The notes beneath the pieces were generated by a model. That model did no database searches, was not told the DNA's origin, and worked only from the letters and a program-made list of their open reading frames with translations. A stretch of 64,000 nucleotides of DNA. Source: Phormidesmis sp. Lineage in GTDB: Bacteria > Cyanobacteriota > Cyanobacteriia > Leptolyngbyales > Leptolyngbyaceae. The stretch covers positions 576,001 to 640,000 of the forward strand of contig CBDFJR010000005.1 of the NCBI GenBank assembly GCA_965248535.1, given 5' to 3'. The position numbers and the translations under genes are program-made. Each line of letters starts with the position of its first letter. Within the stretch, counting starts at the first letter, position 1. This document shows positions 48,279 through 58,320 of this stretch, piece after piece.

Positions 48279-49529
48279 ATGCGAGTCGGCTTGGAGTGTG
48301 CGTTAAGTGATGCGGGTGTTGACGTGATGCAACTCAACAGTCAGCGTCAGGTTTCGATTGCGATCGCCGCGATCCCCGATGGCGTGGGACGGAGTGTGCC
48401 GCTAAATTTGTGTTTGATTTTGGATCAAAGTGGCTCAATGGAAGGTCGCGCCCTGAGCACCGTCAAACAGGCTGCCCAAGGGATTTTAGAGCGGCTGTCT
48501 CCGGGGGATCGCCTCTCGATCGTCACCTTTAACCACAAGGCTAAAGTCTTGGTGCCCAATCAAGTTATTGGCGATCTGAGCCAGATGAGAATTCCGCTGC
48601 ACCAGCTAGAAGCATCGGGCGGCACGTCAATTGATGAAGGCTTACGGGTGGGGATCGAAGAATTAGCCAAGGGCAAAAAGGATGCGGTGTCCCAAGTATT
48701 CTTATTAACCGACGGTGAAAATGAGCATGGGGATAACGATCGCTGCTTAAAATTGGCGCAGTTGGCAACGGGCTATAACTTGACGCTCAACACCTTTGGG
48801 TTTGGCGATGCCTGGAATCAAAATATTTTAGAAAAGCTTGCCGATGCCGGGGGCGGAACGCTGTCTTATATTGAGCAACCCGATCAAGCGACGAGTGAGT
48901 TTAGCCGTTTGTTCGATCGCATCCAGTCAGTCAGCTTGACGAATGCTCACCTGATTTTGTCTCTAACTCCGGGGGCCCGTCTCGCAGAATTGAAGCCGAT
49001 CGCCCAAGTTGCGCCCGACACGATCGAGCTTCCGATCGAGCAGGAGGGCGATCGGGTTACGGTGCGTTTAGGGGATTTGATGGTCGATTCTTCTCGTGTG
49101 GTGTTGGCAAATCTGTATGTCGGTCAACTGCCCGCAGGCAAGCAAACGATCGCGTCGGTGCAGGTTCGCTATGACGATCCGGCGTTGGGTCAAGAAGGAC
49201 TGCTGTCTGAGTCGTTTCCGATCGAGGTGTCTGCTCTTAGTGCGTTTCAGCCTGCGCCTAACCCCGATGTGCACAATCAAATTCTGACTCTGGCAAAGTA
49301 TCGACAGACCCAAATTGCTGAGATGAAATTGCAGCAGGGCGATCGCTCTGGGGCAGCAACGATGCTGCAAACGGCGGCAAAAACGGCCCTGCAAATGGGC
49401 GATCAGGGAGCCGCAACCGTGTTGCAAAATAGCGCAACGCAAATTCAGGCAGGGCAAGAATTATCGGAGAGCGATCGTAAGAGAACTCGCATCGTCTCTA
49501 AAACCACGCTGCAATCGAATCAGCCTTAG
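48279..49529 (+). CDS. von Willebrand factor A domain protein
   Basis: MIDAS DQSGS, GGT, LLTDGE. Confidence 0.88.
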   Translation: MRVGLECALSDAGVDVMQLNSQRQVSIAIAAIPDGVGRSVPLNLCLILDQSGSMEGRALSTVKQAAQGILERLSPGDRLSIVTFNHKAKVLVPNQVIGDLSQMRIPLHQLEASGGTSIDEGLRVGIEELAKGKKDAVSQVFLLTDGENEHGDNDRCLKLAQLATGYNLTLNTFGFGDAWNQNILEKLADAGGGTLSYIEQPDQATSEFSRLFDRIQSVSLTNAHLILSLTPGARLAELKPIAQVAPDTIELPIEQEGDRVTVRLGDLMVDSSRVVLANLYVGQLPAGKQTIASVQVRYDDPALGQEGLLSESFPIEVSALSAFQPAPNPDVHNQILTLAKYRQTQIAEMKLQQGDRSGAATMLQTAAKTALQMGDQGAATVLQNSATQIQAGQELSESDRKRTRIVSKTTLQSNQP

Positions 49530-49645
49530 ATCTAGGTTTTTGTGAACTCAAATTTGAAATGAGCGATCGGGATCGATCAGATTTTGAAATGAGCGATATC
49601 CTGGTATGGATTATGAGCAGACGTGTAGAGTGAGGAGGCGGGGTC

Positions 49646-50374
49646 ATGAACAAGGTTTTTTGGGCAGCGAGTTTTGGGATCGCTGCGTTGGCTCTAACGA
49701 GTTGTGGAAGCAAGCAAGTCGCTAACAGCCCGTCTTCATCTACCGCATCTGTGGCTCAGGCTCCCGCGTCTCCTGCGTTTGAGAAGCCGACCATTCCAGC
49801 AGCCAATGCTTTTTTGCCGCCTGTTGCTGTTAAGGGAATGATTCAGACCACCAACTCAAAGGCTCGGCTGTCGCAAATTTCTACGATGGGTCGGCGCGAT
49901 CCGTTTTCGGCAATTTTGCCTACCTCGATTCAGCTTCCGCCTCAAAAGACGGCTCAGGCTGCTAACCCACCTCAAGCGTCTGCAAAGCAAGTAGTGAGTC
50001 AGCTTCCGTTGCGGGTGACTCCGCTAGCGCCGCCGCAAACGCCCAGCCTACCGCCGTTGAGTCCGATCATGGCGCTGCCGCCGTTGCCGATTAATCAGGC
50101 TCCGATCGTGCCTGTTTCCTCTACTAGTTTGGCCGATGCAGTGCAGATTACTGGGGTCGTGCAGATAGGTGGCAAAGCCGTTGCAATCATTCAATCGCCC
50201 CAAGAAGGCACGGCGCGCTATGTTCATGCTGGAGACTATGTATCCAACGGCAGCGTCTTGCTCAAGCAGATTATCATCAGCAAGAACGGCGAACCGACGA
50301 TCGTGCTTCAACAAAATGGTGTTGAAGTGATTAAATCGGTTGGCAGCACTGGGCCGATTGCGAGTGCTCGATAG
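49646..50374 (+). CDS. Proline-rich lipoprotein, possibly PilP/GspC-like
   Basis: Lipobox LTSC, RRDPF motif, C-terminal ITGVVQIGGKAVAII...YVHAGD. Confidence 0.6.
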   Translation: MNKVFWAASFGIAALALTSCGSKQVANSPSSSTASVAQAPASPAFEKPTIPAANAFLPPVAVKGMIQTTNSKARLSQISTMGRRDPFSAILPTSIQLPPQKTAQAANPPQASAKQVVSQLPLRVTPLAPPQTPSLPPLSPIMALPPLPINQAPIVPVSSTSLADAVQITGVVQIGGKAVAIIQSPQEGTARYVHAGDYVSNGSVLLKQIIISKNGEPTIVLQQNGVEVIKSVGSTGPIASAR

Positions 50375-50410
50375 TGGCTTTACCCTTCCTAAGTTTAGGA
50401 GTTGGTTGGC

Positions 50411-50936
50411 ATGACGGAACCTGCGGCGCATTTTAATGGGAAGTCATCGGATCGATCGGGGCTTGAACGACGATCGCTCAACTTTCACGAGACTTATATC
50501 TGTCCGGTGTGTCGGCATGGGCAGATTGCTGAGTTGACGCTGATGGATGCGTTTGCCTGCAACTTTTGTCGTCACATTTTTACGGCTAACCTGCGAGAGC
50601 AGTCGATTCATGTTGAAGATAGCTCTCAGCCGATGACGTGGCGCTGGAATGGGCGCAACTGGCAAGGCAGCAAATCAGCTAGATGTGGATCTGACCCTAG
50701 TGATTTGGATTGTGGGGGCGGTGCTGGTGGTGTTGCCGCCTGCGCTGATCTTTTTGTCGTCTCGACTGGTGCCGCCGCTAGAGGGCAGCACGTTAGATTG
50801 GTTGCCTAATGTGTGGGTGGGTCTGACGTTTTTAGCTCATTTTCTGTTTGTGGCGTGGCTGATGGTTGAGCATTATCAACTGCCGATTTATGTGTCGTCT
50901 AAGGTTCGCATTCGGCAGTGGTTAGAGCGTCGATGA
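50411..50936 (+). CDS. Zinc-ribbon membrane protein (apparent frameshift near 50666)
   Basis: CPVC...CNFC, then two TM helices in the next frame; removing one G joins them as WQAANQLD. Confidence 0.7.
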
Positions 50937-51004
50937 AAGAGCAGGATTCTAGTAACTTACCTAGTTTGCTGGATTATGAAAGAGCGGTAACCCTGAGGAC
51001 GGGT

Positions 51005-51360
51005 TAGCAACGGTCAGGGCCAAATTCTGATCTATTGAAACCGTCTAGAATCTTCCTCTGCCTTACGATCGCCGGAAAAGTTCTAAAACTCTTTTGCATA
51101 ACCACCAAGACGTTTTTCACTTTCAGATAACTCAACTATTGGCCCAAACGTAATAGTGAGAGGTAACTCTACCCAAGCGGTAATTACAATCCCACAAGTT
51201 AATGCGTCTAAATTTATTACCATAATAGTCTGGTAGTTGTAGCTTTGCTTTTAGATAGGTATGCAATTCTGTCTTTGTCTGCAAAACTCATGTCCATCCA
51301 ACGATTGCCATCAATAACACCTAGCTCAAGAGGAATAAATGTTCTGTATTGATTAGTCAT
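51005..51360 (-). pseudogene. Barstar-family protein, interrupted by several small indels (limits approximate)
   Basis: Hand translation across frames: VIDG...[18 protein letters not shown] / NLDA / LWDC / [11 protein letters not shown]...SEKRLGGYAKE, matching the barstar motif [24 protein letters not shown]. Confidence 0.75.
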
Positions 51361-51484
51361 CTTATTACAACAGTCCGTCATTTGAGTGAAACTCTGATTC
51401 TCAAGTTAGTATATGTTCTTCTGGTAAATTTGTAATTCTTTCAAGTCTTGCTTGTTCATTCATAGATCACCCATTTTTAATTAC

Positions 51485-54400
51485 TTATTCTTCGATTACG
51501 GCACTCCGATCGAGCAGCAACAAATTCCGCAATTGGTCGGTGTCGAGTTCAGTGAGCCAGTTTTCACCTGCGCCGATCACTTGCTCGGCTAGGGCTTTTT
51601 TACTTTCAATCATTTCGTGAATGCGCTCTTCTAAGGTGCCCGTGCAGACAAATTTGTGGACTTGCACGTTGCGAGTTTGCCCGATGCGAAACACCCGATC
51701 GGTCGCTTGATTTTCGACTGCCGGGTTCCACCAGCGATCGAAGTGAAACACATGATTGGCGCGGGTCAAATTCAGCCCGACTCCGCCTGCTTTGAGCGAC
51801 AAGATAAAAATGCGCGGCCCTTGCGGATCTTGCTGGAAGCGATCGATCATTTCTTCGCGCTGCTTTTTAGACGTGCCGCCATAGAGAAACAGCGTTTCGC
51901 GTCCTAATCGCTGTTCGAGATGGGCTTTGAGCAGCTTTCCCCACTCGGCAAACTGCGTGAAAATTAGGGCCCGATCGCCCTCCGCGACCGCTTCCTCTAG
52001 CATCTCTTCTAAGCGCTGAAGCTTGCCCGATCGACTTTCAAACGATGAATCAGAGCTTTTTTCAGCTTTGATTAATGTGGGATGATCGCAGAGTTGCTTA
52101 AGTTTGGTCAGCAGCGCCAGAATAATGCCTCGACGCTGAATGCCTTCGGCGGCATCGATGTCAGCCAGCGATTTGTCTACAATTTGTTGATAGAGGGCGG
52201 CTTGCTCGGCAGACAGCCCACAAAAAACCGTCATCTCTTGTTTTTCGGGCAAGTCTTGAATGATGTCACGATCGCTCTTCAGTCGTCGCAAAATAAAAGG
52301 CTGGGCCAGCGATCGTAAGGTTTGCAGCGAGGTCGTGTCACCATAACGCTCGATCGGAATCGCAAACCGCCGCTGAAAGAAATTGCGCGGGCCCAAATAG
52401 CCCGGATTCAGAAAATCTAAAATCGACCAAAGTTCCGATAAGCGATTTTCAACAGGCGTTCCCGTCAACGCGATGCGAAACTGGGCTTCGAGTTGCCGCA
52501 CTGCCTGAGACTGTTTGGCTTCTGGATTTTTAATATTTTGCGCTTCATCTAAAACGACCCCCTGCCAGGAGACAGCCGTTAGCGTTTTGACATCTCGCTG
52601 AACCAAAGCATAGCTCGTCACCACCAAATTGTAATCGTGCACCGCTTTGCCAAAGGCGGGCCCCTGAAGACGCTTATCGCCGTGGTGAACCAACACGTTG
52701 AGCACGGGCGCAAACTTCTTAACTTCGCGCTCCCAGTTGCCCAAAACAGAGGTCGGGCAGACCAAAAGAATCGGGTGTTCTAAGGTTCCCTGCTGGCGCA
52801 AATGCAGCATAAACGCGATGAACTGGATGGTTTTTCCTAGCCCCATATCGTCGGCGAGGCACGCCCCTAGGCTCCAGCGTTCTAGAAATGCTAACCAGGC
52901 AACGCCACGAGATTGATAGGGTCTGAGTTCGCCGTGAAAGTCTGCTGGGGTCTCAATTTCTTCGAGCGATTGGTTTCCGGTGAGGGTCGTCACCAGTTCT
53001 TGCAGGGCACCTGAGGCTTCAAAGCTGACAACTGGGAGCTTTTCGATCGTTTGAGTATCTCCGGTGCTAATCCGCAGAGCATCTTCTAGAGACAGGGTGG
53101 TCTGATCTTTTCGAGCCGCAAAAAACGCTTGGGCAGCTTTGATGTCTTGCGATCGTAGCTCTACCCATTCGCCGTTAATCTCCACCAACGGCGCATTCAT
53201 CGCCACCAAGCGATCAAACTCGGCTTTAGGAATGCTGTGCCCCCCGATCGCCAACTCCCACTGAAAGTTGAGCAGACTTTGCAGCCCTAACTGGCCCTTT
53301 TTTTGCTTTGTCGGGGTCGAAGCGCGAATCTTTAAGCCCAATCGATTGGCCCAGCCGCCTCGGTTGGCCAAACTGGGGGGCAAGATCACGCCCAGACCGC
53401 TATCTTGCAAGCGCCATGAGCCATTCATGATCAGGTCATAGGCTTGCATCGGGGTTAGCTGACACGACTGCGGACGCGCTTCTTGCAGGCTCGGTTCGAT
53501 CAGATTATAGAGGCGAGAAGCCAGCCCCAACCCCATCAGCAGGGTTTCTTGAGGGTGCTCGATCGTGCGTCCTTGATAAACCAAACGATCGACCGGATTT
53601 TTCCAAATCACCGCCGCACTGACGACGAATTCGGTATTGTCGATCGCTTGCAGAAGATACTCCAGTGTCCAATTTTTTTGATGACTCGCTGGGGGCTGAA
53701 GCCTCAGACAGGCCCGAAACTGAGCCGTCTGATAGTTGCGTAGGGGCGCTTTCCAGGTGGTGAGGGCGGTTGATAGCTGCTCAAGTCCTTCTGCACTTAC
53801 TTGAGGAGAGGGCCCAAGGGCTTGCAGCCAGTCTCGCAGCGGAGCCTCGATCGTGACTCCTCGCGCCACCGCCTCACGAGAGGGTTTAGACACGAGGGGA
53901 CGATCGGCCACCACTTCTCTGATTTGAGCCTCGACCACCTGATTGAGAAAGCTAGACAGCAGGGCTTGCGGTTCGGGGGGAAGCTCGATCGCTAAACAAT
54001 TCTCCAAATTGTCTTGCTGATAGGTGCGGCAAACCGACGGCATCAATCGAGCAAAATTGCCCAACCGGGCTTGATCGGTAGAGCTATCGAGCAGGGCTTC
54101 CCACTGGGCAACGGCAGGGTTTTGAAGCTCTAAGCCGGGCAGAAACTTTGATCGGGCCAGCAGATCTAAACTCCAGCGAGCGGTGTGGCACCAAAACCGC
54201 AGATCTCCGCCCATAAACGAGTCTTCTTCATTTAAAGAACCCAAGGGTAGGGAATTGAGAAACTGCAAGGCTTCGAGCGGGTTGAGGCAAAGACCGTTTA
54301 CTCGCCACAAATGGAGGGAAATCGGCTCAGGAGAGGGCGCGATCGCCGACGACAGTTGCGGCACTAAAATTTCTGCTGAGACCTCTTCTGACTCAGCGGC

Positions 54401-54748
54401 AGCCGACGGCAACGCCAAAATCTGCGATCGCCACGGTGCCATTTCGTCGACGATCGGCTTCTCGATCTTTTTGCTGCGTTTAGCTTTGGATTGAGCAGTC
54501 GCTGCCGGAATCTCGACCATCGGCAGATGCAGGCGCTTAGACGCGTGTAGCCTCGTTAAAAACTCCACCAGTTCAGCCCGACTCATGCTGTAGGGGTGAA
54601 CGGGCACCAGAGAGTCCACGTCTTCGCCAGACGGCTCTAATCGTCGCCACGCTTCACCCCAGATCAGCAAACATCCGGTCTGCAATTCTGCTAGGGGAGC
54701 CGCGATCGCGGACGTGTGAAATAACCAGCTACCGTGTAAAACTGCCAT
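51485..54748 (-). CDS. SNF2-family helicase/ATPase
   Basis: LADDMGLGKT, DEAQ, TGTPVEN, LRRLK, SLKAGGVGLNL, WWNPAVENQATDRVFRIGQ. Confidence 0.95.
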   Translation of the reverse strand: MAVLHGSWLFHTSAIAAPLAELQTGCLLIWGEAWRRLEPSGEDVDSLVPVHPYSMSRAELVEFLTRLHASKRLHLPMVEIPAATAQSKAKRSKKIEKPIVDEMAPWRSQILALPSAAAESEEVSAEILVPQLSSAIAPSPEPISLHLWRVNGLCLNPLEALQFLNSLPLGSLNEEDSFMGGDLRFWCHTARWSLDLLARSKFLPGLELQNPAVAQWEALLDSSTDQARLGNFARLMPSVCRTYQQDNLENCLAIELPPEPQALLSSFLNQVVEAQIREVVADRPLVSKPSREAVARGVTIEAPLRDWLQALGPSPQVSAEGLEQLSTALTTWKAPLRNYQTAQFRACLRLQPPASHQKNWTLEYLLQAIDNTEFVVSAAVIWKNPVDRLVYQGRTIEHPQETLLMGLGLASRLYNLIEPSLQEARPQSCQLTPMQAYDLIMNGSWRLQDSGLGVILPPSLANRGGWANRLGLKIRASTPTKQKKGQLGLQSLLNFQWELAIGGHSIPKAEFDRLVAMNAPLVEINGEWVELRSQDIKAAQAFFAARKDQTTLSLEDALRISTGDTQTIEKLPVVSFEASGALQELVTTLTGNQSLEEIETPADFHGELRPYQSRGVAWLAFLERWSLGACLADDMGLGKTIQFIAFMLHLRQQGTLEHPILLVCPTSVLGNWEREVKKFAPVLNVLVHHGDKRLQGPAFGKAVHDYNLVVTSYALVQRDVKTLTAVSWQGVVLDEAQNIKNPEAKQSQAVRQLEAQFRIALTGTPVENRLSELWSILDFLNPGYLGPRNFFQRRFAIPIERYGDTTSLQTLRSLAQPFILRRLKSDRDIIQDLPEKQEMTVFCGLSAEQAALYQQIVDKSLADIDAAEGIQRRGIILALLTKLKQLCDHPTLIKAEKSSDSSFESRSGKLQRLEEMLEEAVAEGDRALIFTQFAEWGKLLKAHLEQRLGRETLFLYGGTSKKQREEMIDRFQQDPQGPRIFILSLKAGGVGLNLTRANHVFHFDRWWNPAVENQATDRVFRIGQTRNVQVHKFVCTGTLEERIHEMIESKKALAEQVIGAGENWLTELDTDQLRNLLLLDRSAVIEE

Positions 54749-55057
54749 TTGAGTTTTGAATCCCTAGGTCTTCTCAAAGTCAGTGCAATCTGCTTAGATT
54801 GAGAACGACGAAACCCCCTGCGTCGGTTAAAACTGCGATCGCAGTTAAGAATGATTCTGCCATCATAAAGCGAAACCCTGACGCGACGGAGTGAGAATCC
54901 GTCAGAGTTAGCGAACCCTAGAGGGTTAACGGCGCTGCCACACGGCTTAGACGCTCACTTTTAGGCATCCGTAATATTAAAAAAAGTCCGCAAAAGGGTA
55001 TCAGTGCTACGATCGCCAATAGAACAAAATAAAGAACAAGAAAGGAAAGGATATTTC

Positions 55058-57208
55058 ATGCAAGAGTTTGAGAAGTCAATATCCTTTGATGGTAGGGATA
55101 TTCGGCTCAAGGTGGGTATGCTTGCCCCCCAAGCGGGAGGAGCAGTTTTAATTCAGTCGGGCGATACGGCAGTGTTAGTGGCGGCGACCCGCGCCAAAGG
55201 TCGAGAAGGCATCGACTTTCTGCCGTTGCTAGTTGACTATGAAGAGCGGATGTATGCAGCAGGGCGCATCCCTGGCGGCTTTTTGAGACGAGAAGGGCGA
55301 CCTCCTGAGCGCGCAACCCTGACGAGTCGGCTAATCGATCGTCCCCTACGTCCTCTGTTTCCCTCCTGGCTGCGCGATGATATTCAGGTGGTTGCGACCA
55401 CAATGTCGATGGATGAGAGCGTTCCTCCAGACGTGTTGGCAGTGACCGGGGCCTCGATCGCCGTCATGCTTGCAAAAATTCCGTTTAACGGGCCGATGGC
55501 AGCCGTGCGGGTTGGCTTGGTGGGCGACGACTTTGTGATCAATCCGACTTATAAAGAGATCGAGTCGGGTGATCTTGATTTAGTCGTAGCCGGAACGCCG
55601 GATGGCGTGATCATGGTCGAAGCCGGAGCCAATCAGCTTCCTGAGCAAGACATGATCGAGGCAATCGACTTTGGCTATGAAGCGGTGCGTGACCTGATTC
55701 AGGCACAGCGCGACTTTATGGCAGAGATGGGCATTGAGCTAGTGACCGAAGAAGCCCCTCCCGTTGACCCGACGTTAGAGAATTTTATCCGCGATCGGGC
55801 CACTGCCCCCGTCAAAGAAGTCTTGGGCAGATTTGAGAAAGATAAGGCCATCCGCGAAGCCGCGTTGGATGCAGTCAAAGCCTCGATTTCAAAAGAGATC
55901 GAAGCGTTGCCTGACGAAGATCCCGTCAAGGTGGCGGCGGCGGGGAATGCAAAGGTTCTCAGCAACACCTTTAAAGAGGTGACCAAAACCCTCATGCGTC
56001 GTCAGGTGATTGATGACGGAATGCGCGTCGATGGTCGCAAATTAGACGAGATTCGTCCGATTTCTTGTCAGGTCAGCGTCTTGCCTCGTCGCGTTCACGG
56101 CAGCGGCTTGTTTAATCGCGGGCTAACTCAAGTGCTATCGGCCGTCACCTTGGGCAGCCCTGGCGATGCTCAAGCGCTAGACGATTTGCACCCCGATGAG
56201 CAAAAACGCTATCTGCACCACTACAACTTTCCGCCTTACTCAGTGGGTGAAACGCGGCCGATGCGATCGCCGGGTCGCCGCGAAGTCGGTCACGGTGCTC
56301 TAGCAGAGCGGGCGTTGGTTCCCGTGTTGCCGTCTAAAGAAGCGTTTCCCTACGTGATTCGCGTTGTGTCTGAGGTGCTGTCTTCTAACGGCTCAACGTC
56401 GATGGGGTCTGTCTCTGGCTCAACGCTGGCGCTAATGGATGCCGGGGTGCCGTTGGTGAAGCCTGTGAGCGGTGCGGCTATGGGTTTAATCAAAGAAGGC
56501 GACGAAATTCGCATTCTGACTGACATTCAGGGTCTTGAAGATTTCTTGGGCGACATGGACTTCAAAGTCGCCGGAACCGATACCGGAATCACGGCTTTGC
56601 AGCTTGACATGAAGATTTCAGGCTTGCCCATGGAGATCATCGCGGAGGCGATCACCAAGGCGCAACCCGCTCGTCTGCACATCTTGAGCAAAATGATGGA
56701 AGCGATCGACACGCCTCGCAGTGAGATGTCGCCGTTTGCGCCGCGACTGCTGACTATCAAGATCGATCCTGAGTTTATTGGCATGGTGATCGGGCCCGGT
56801 GGCAAAAACATCAAGGGCATCACCGAAGAGACGGGAGCCAAGATCGACATTGACGACGATGGCACGATTACGATTTCTGCGGTGGATGGCGAGAAGGCCA
56901 AACACGCCCGCAGCATTATTCAAGGCATGACGCGCAAGCTGAGTGCAGGCGATGTGTTTGTAGGCAAAGTCACCCGGATTATTCCGATCGGGGCTTTCGT
57001 TGAGTTTCTCCCTGGCAAAGAGGGCATGGTGCACATCTCTCAGCTTGCTGATCATCGGGTTGGCAAGGTTGAAGATGAGGTGGCGGTGGGCGATGAAGTG
57101 ATCATCAAGATTCGCGAAATCGATAACCGGGGTCGAGTTAACCTGACTCGCTTGGGCATTCACCCTGATGAAGCGACGGCGGCCCGTGAGACTGCTGCTG
57201 CCAAGTAG
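55058..57208 (+). CDS. pnp: Polyribonucleotide nucleotidyltransferase
   Basis: [53 protein letters not shown] and S1 domains. Confidence 0.98.
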   Translation: MQEFEKSISFDGRDIRLKVGMLAPQAGGAVLIQSGDTAVLVAATRAKGREGIDFLPLLVDYEERMYAAGRIPGGFLRREGRPPERATLTSRLIDRPLRPLFPSWLRDDIQVVATTMSMDESVPPDVLAVTGASIAVMLAKIPFNGPMAAVRVGLVGDDFVINPTYKEIESGDLDLVVAGTPDGVIMVEAGANQLPEQDMIEAIDFGYEAVRDLIQAQRDFMAEMGIELVTEEAPPVDPTLENFIRDRATAPVKEVLGRFEKDKAIREAALDAVKASISKEIEALPDEDPVKVAAAGNAKVLSNTFKEVTKTLMRRQVIDDGMRVDGRKLDEIRPISCQVSVLPRRVHGSGLFNRGLTQVLSAVTLGSPGDAQALDDLHPDEQKRYLHHYNFPPYSVGETRPMRSPGRREVGHGALAERALVPVLPSKEAFPYVIRVVSEVLSSNGSTSMGSVSGSTLALMDAGVPLVKPVSGAAMGLIKEGDEIRILTDIQGLEDFLGDMDFKVAGTDTGITALQLDMKISGLPMEIIAEAITKAQPARLHILSKMMEAIDTPRSEMSPFAPRLLTIKIDPEFIGMVIGPGGKNIKGITEETGAKIDIDDDGTITISAVDGEKAKHARSIIQGMTRKLSAGDVFVGKVTRIIPIGAFVEFLPGKEGMVHISQLADHRVGKVEDEVAVGDEVIIKIREIDNRGRVNLTRLGIHPDEATAARETAAAK

Positions 57209-57218
57209 ATTTCTCGGT

Positions 57219-57287
57219 TAGAAATCGGAGTTCTGAGAAGGGTTGAGCGATCGCGCTAAATTCTCAGAACTCCGATTTTTGTATTTG
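57219..57287 (+). repeat. Palindromic element copy 1 (also a plausible pnp terminator)
   Basis: 20-bp arms AGAAATCGGAGTTCTGAGAA / TTCTCAGAACTCCGATTTTT around a HIP1-containing loop; repeated at 58194-58265. Confidence 0.92.
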
Positions 57288-57294
57288 AGGGTTG

Positions 57295-57371
57295 AGTGTT
57301 TGAAAATATGCTCAATTGAAGGATGAATGATGCGATATGCGATCGTGATTGAAAAAGCGGAAGGAAACTAA
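57295..57371 (+). pseudogene. Remnant of a hicA-hicB junction
   Basis: SV*KYAQLKDE* overlapping (ATGA) MMRYAIVIEKAEGN*, resembling a HicA C-terminus and a HicB N-terminus. Confidence 0.65.
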
Positions 57372-57387
57372 ATCAGGAGAACATTTA

Positions 57388-57609
57388 ATGACCACCGCAG
57401 AGACAATTTATGAATTGGTCAAAACAATGCCAGAAGAGCAGGCATCTCTTGTTTTAAAGCTTGCAGAAACGCTACAGAAAAGACAGACGGAGAAACCTTT
57501 AGAACAGGAAAAATCTCTACTAGATTTCTTTGGCATTCTTAAGGACTCTCCTAACTTTAAGGGTGATCCGGTAGAGATCCAAAGGAGAATGCGAAGTGAA
57601 TGGGATTAG
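57388..57609 (+). CDS. Putative antitoxin (DUF2281-like)
   Basis: MTTAETIYELVKTMPEEQ...FFGILKDSPNFKGDPVEIQRRMRSEW; AGGAG RBS; overlaps the PIN gene. Confidence 0.75.
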   Translation: MTTAETIYELVKTMPEEQASLVLKLAETLQKRQTEKPLEQEKSLLDFFGILKDSPNFKGDPVEIQRRMRSEWD

Positions 57610-58009
57610 ATTTCTCTTGGATACAAATTTTATTATTGGCATCATTAAGGGAAATGAAGCGGTTCTAGCTATTCTGTCCGAAAAGACGATGACTCCAGCC
57701 GAGTGTGCTTACAGTTTTATCACCCGAATTGAGCTACTGGGATATCAGTCAATTACGCAGACAGAAGTTGAATCAGTGGAGAGTATTTTGGCGACAATGC
57801 ACTACATCTCACTGTCTAAAGAAATAGAAAACACTACGATCGGCTTGCGTCGTCAGCACAATTTCAAAACGCCTGACGCTCTGATTGCCGCAACTGCCAA
57901 AGCTTTAAATCTGGAACTCCTCACACTTGATCAAACGCTTGCTAAACGAATGGGGGAGATTCTAGACGATGATCAGTCATCAACAAACAGCGAATCCGAT
58001 CTTGTTTAA
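57596..58009 (+). CDS. vapC: PIN-domain toxin (VapC family)
   Basis: LLDTN, ITRIEL, KTPDALIAATA, LLTLD. Confidence 0.88.
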   Translation: MNGIRFLLDTNFIIGIIKGNEAVLAILSEKTMTPAECAYSFITRIELLGYQSITQTEVESVESILATMHYISLSKEIENTTIGLRRQHNFKTPDALIAATAKALNLELLTLDQTLAKRMGEILDDDQSSTNSESDLV

Positions 58010-58052
58010 CGTCAGTTCGACGGGCTTTTTCGCTGCGTTATTAGCGGCTTCT

Positions 58053-58134
58053 GCCCCCTAAATCCCCCATTCTGGGGGACTTTGAAACTGAATCCTTCGC
58101 TCAAAGTCCCCCACGAGTGGGGGATTTAGGGGGC
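58053..58134. repeat. Nested-hairpin REP/SDR-like element
   Basis: GCCCCCTAAATCCCCCA-TTC-TGGGGGACTTTGA ... TCAAAGTCCCCCA-CGAG-TGGGGGATTTAGGGGGC: a long inverted repeat with internal hairpins. Confidence 0.88.
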
Positions 58135-58193
58135 GTTCCTAGATTCGTGCAGGAGGTCTATTTGAGCATCCCCCGTACATGACGAAATATACC

Positions 58194-58265
58194 TAGAAAT
58201 CGGAGTTCTGAGAAGAGTTGGGTAATCGCGCTAGATTCCCAGCAGAACTCCGATTTCTGTATTTG
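58194..58265 (+). repeat. Palindromic element copy 2
   Basis: First 22 nt identical to 57219-57240; about 7 substitutions and a 3-nt indel overall (hand count). Confidence 0.92.
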
Positions 58266-58320
58266 TGTTTTGCGCGAAAGAGAAGAAGGGTAAAGAGCAA
58301 GAGGGCAAGAGATCAAAGGG

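Noticed and set aside
49553..49640. 15-bp direct repeat TTTGAAATGAGCGAT and a Yfr1-target-like GAGTGAGGAGG upstream of the lipoprotein gene
   Set aside because: Only two short copies, and the second motif is adequately explained as a Shine-Dalgarno sequence.
54829..54848. Palindrome AACTGCGATCGCAGTT in the SNF2-pnp intergenic region as an operator
   Set aside because: It is a HIP1 site extended by four base pairs; given HIP1 abundance this can arise by chance.
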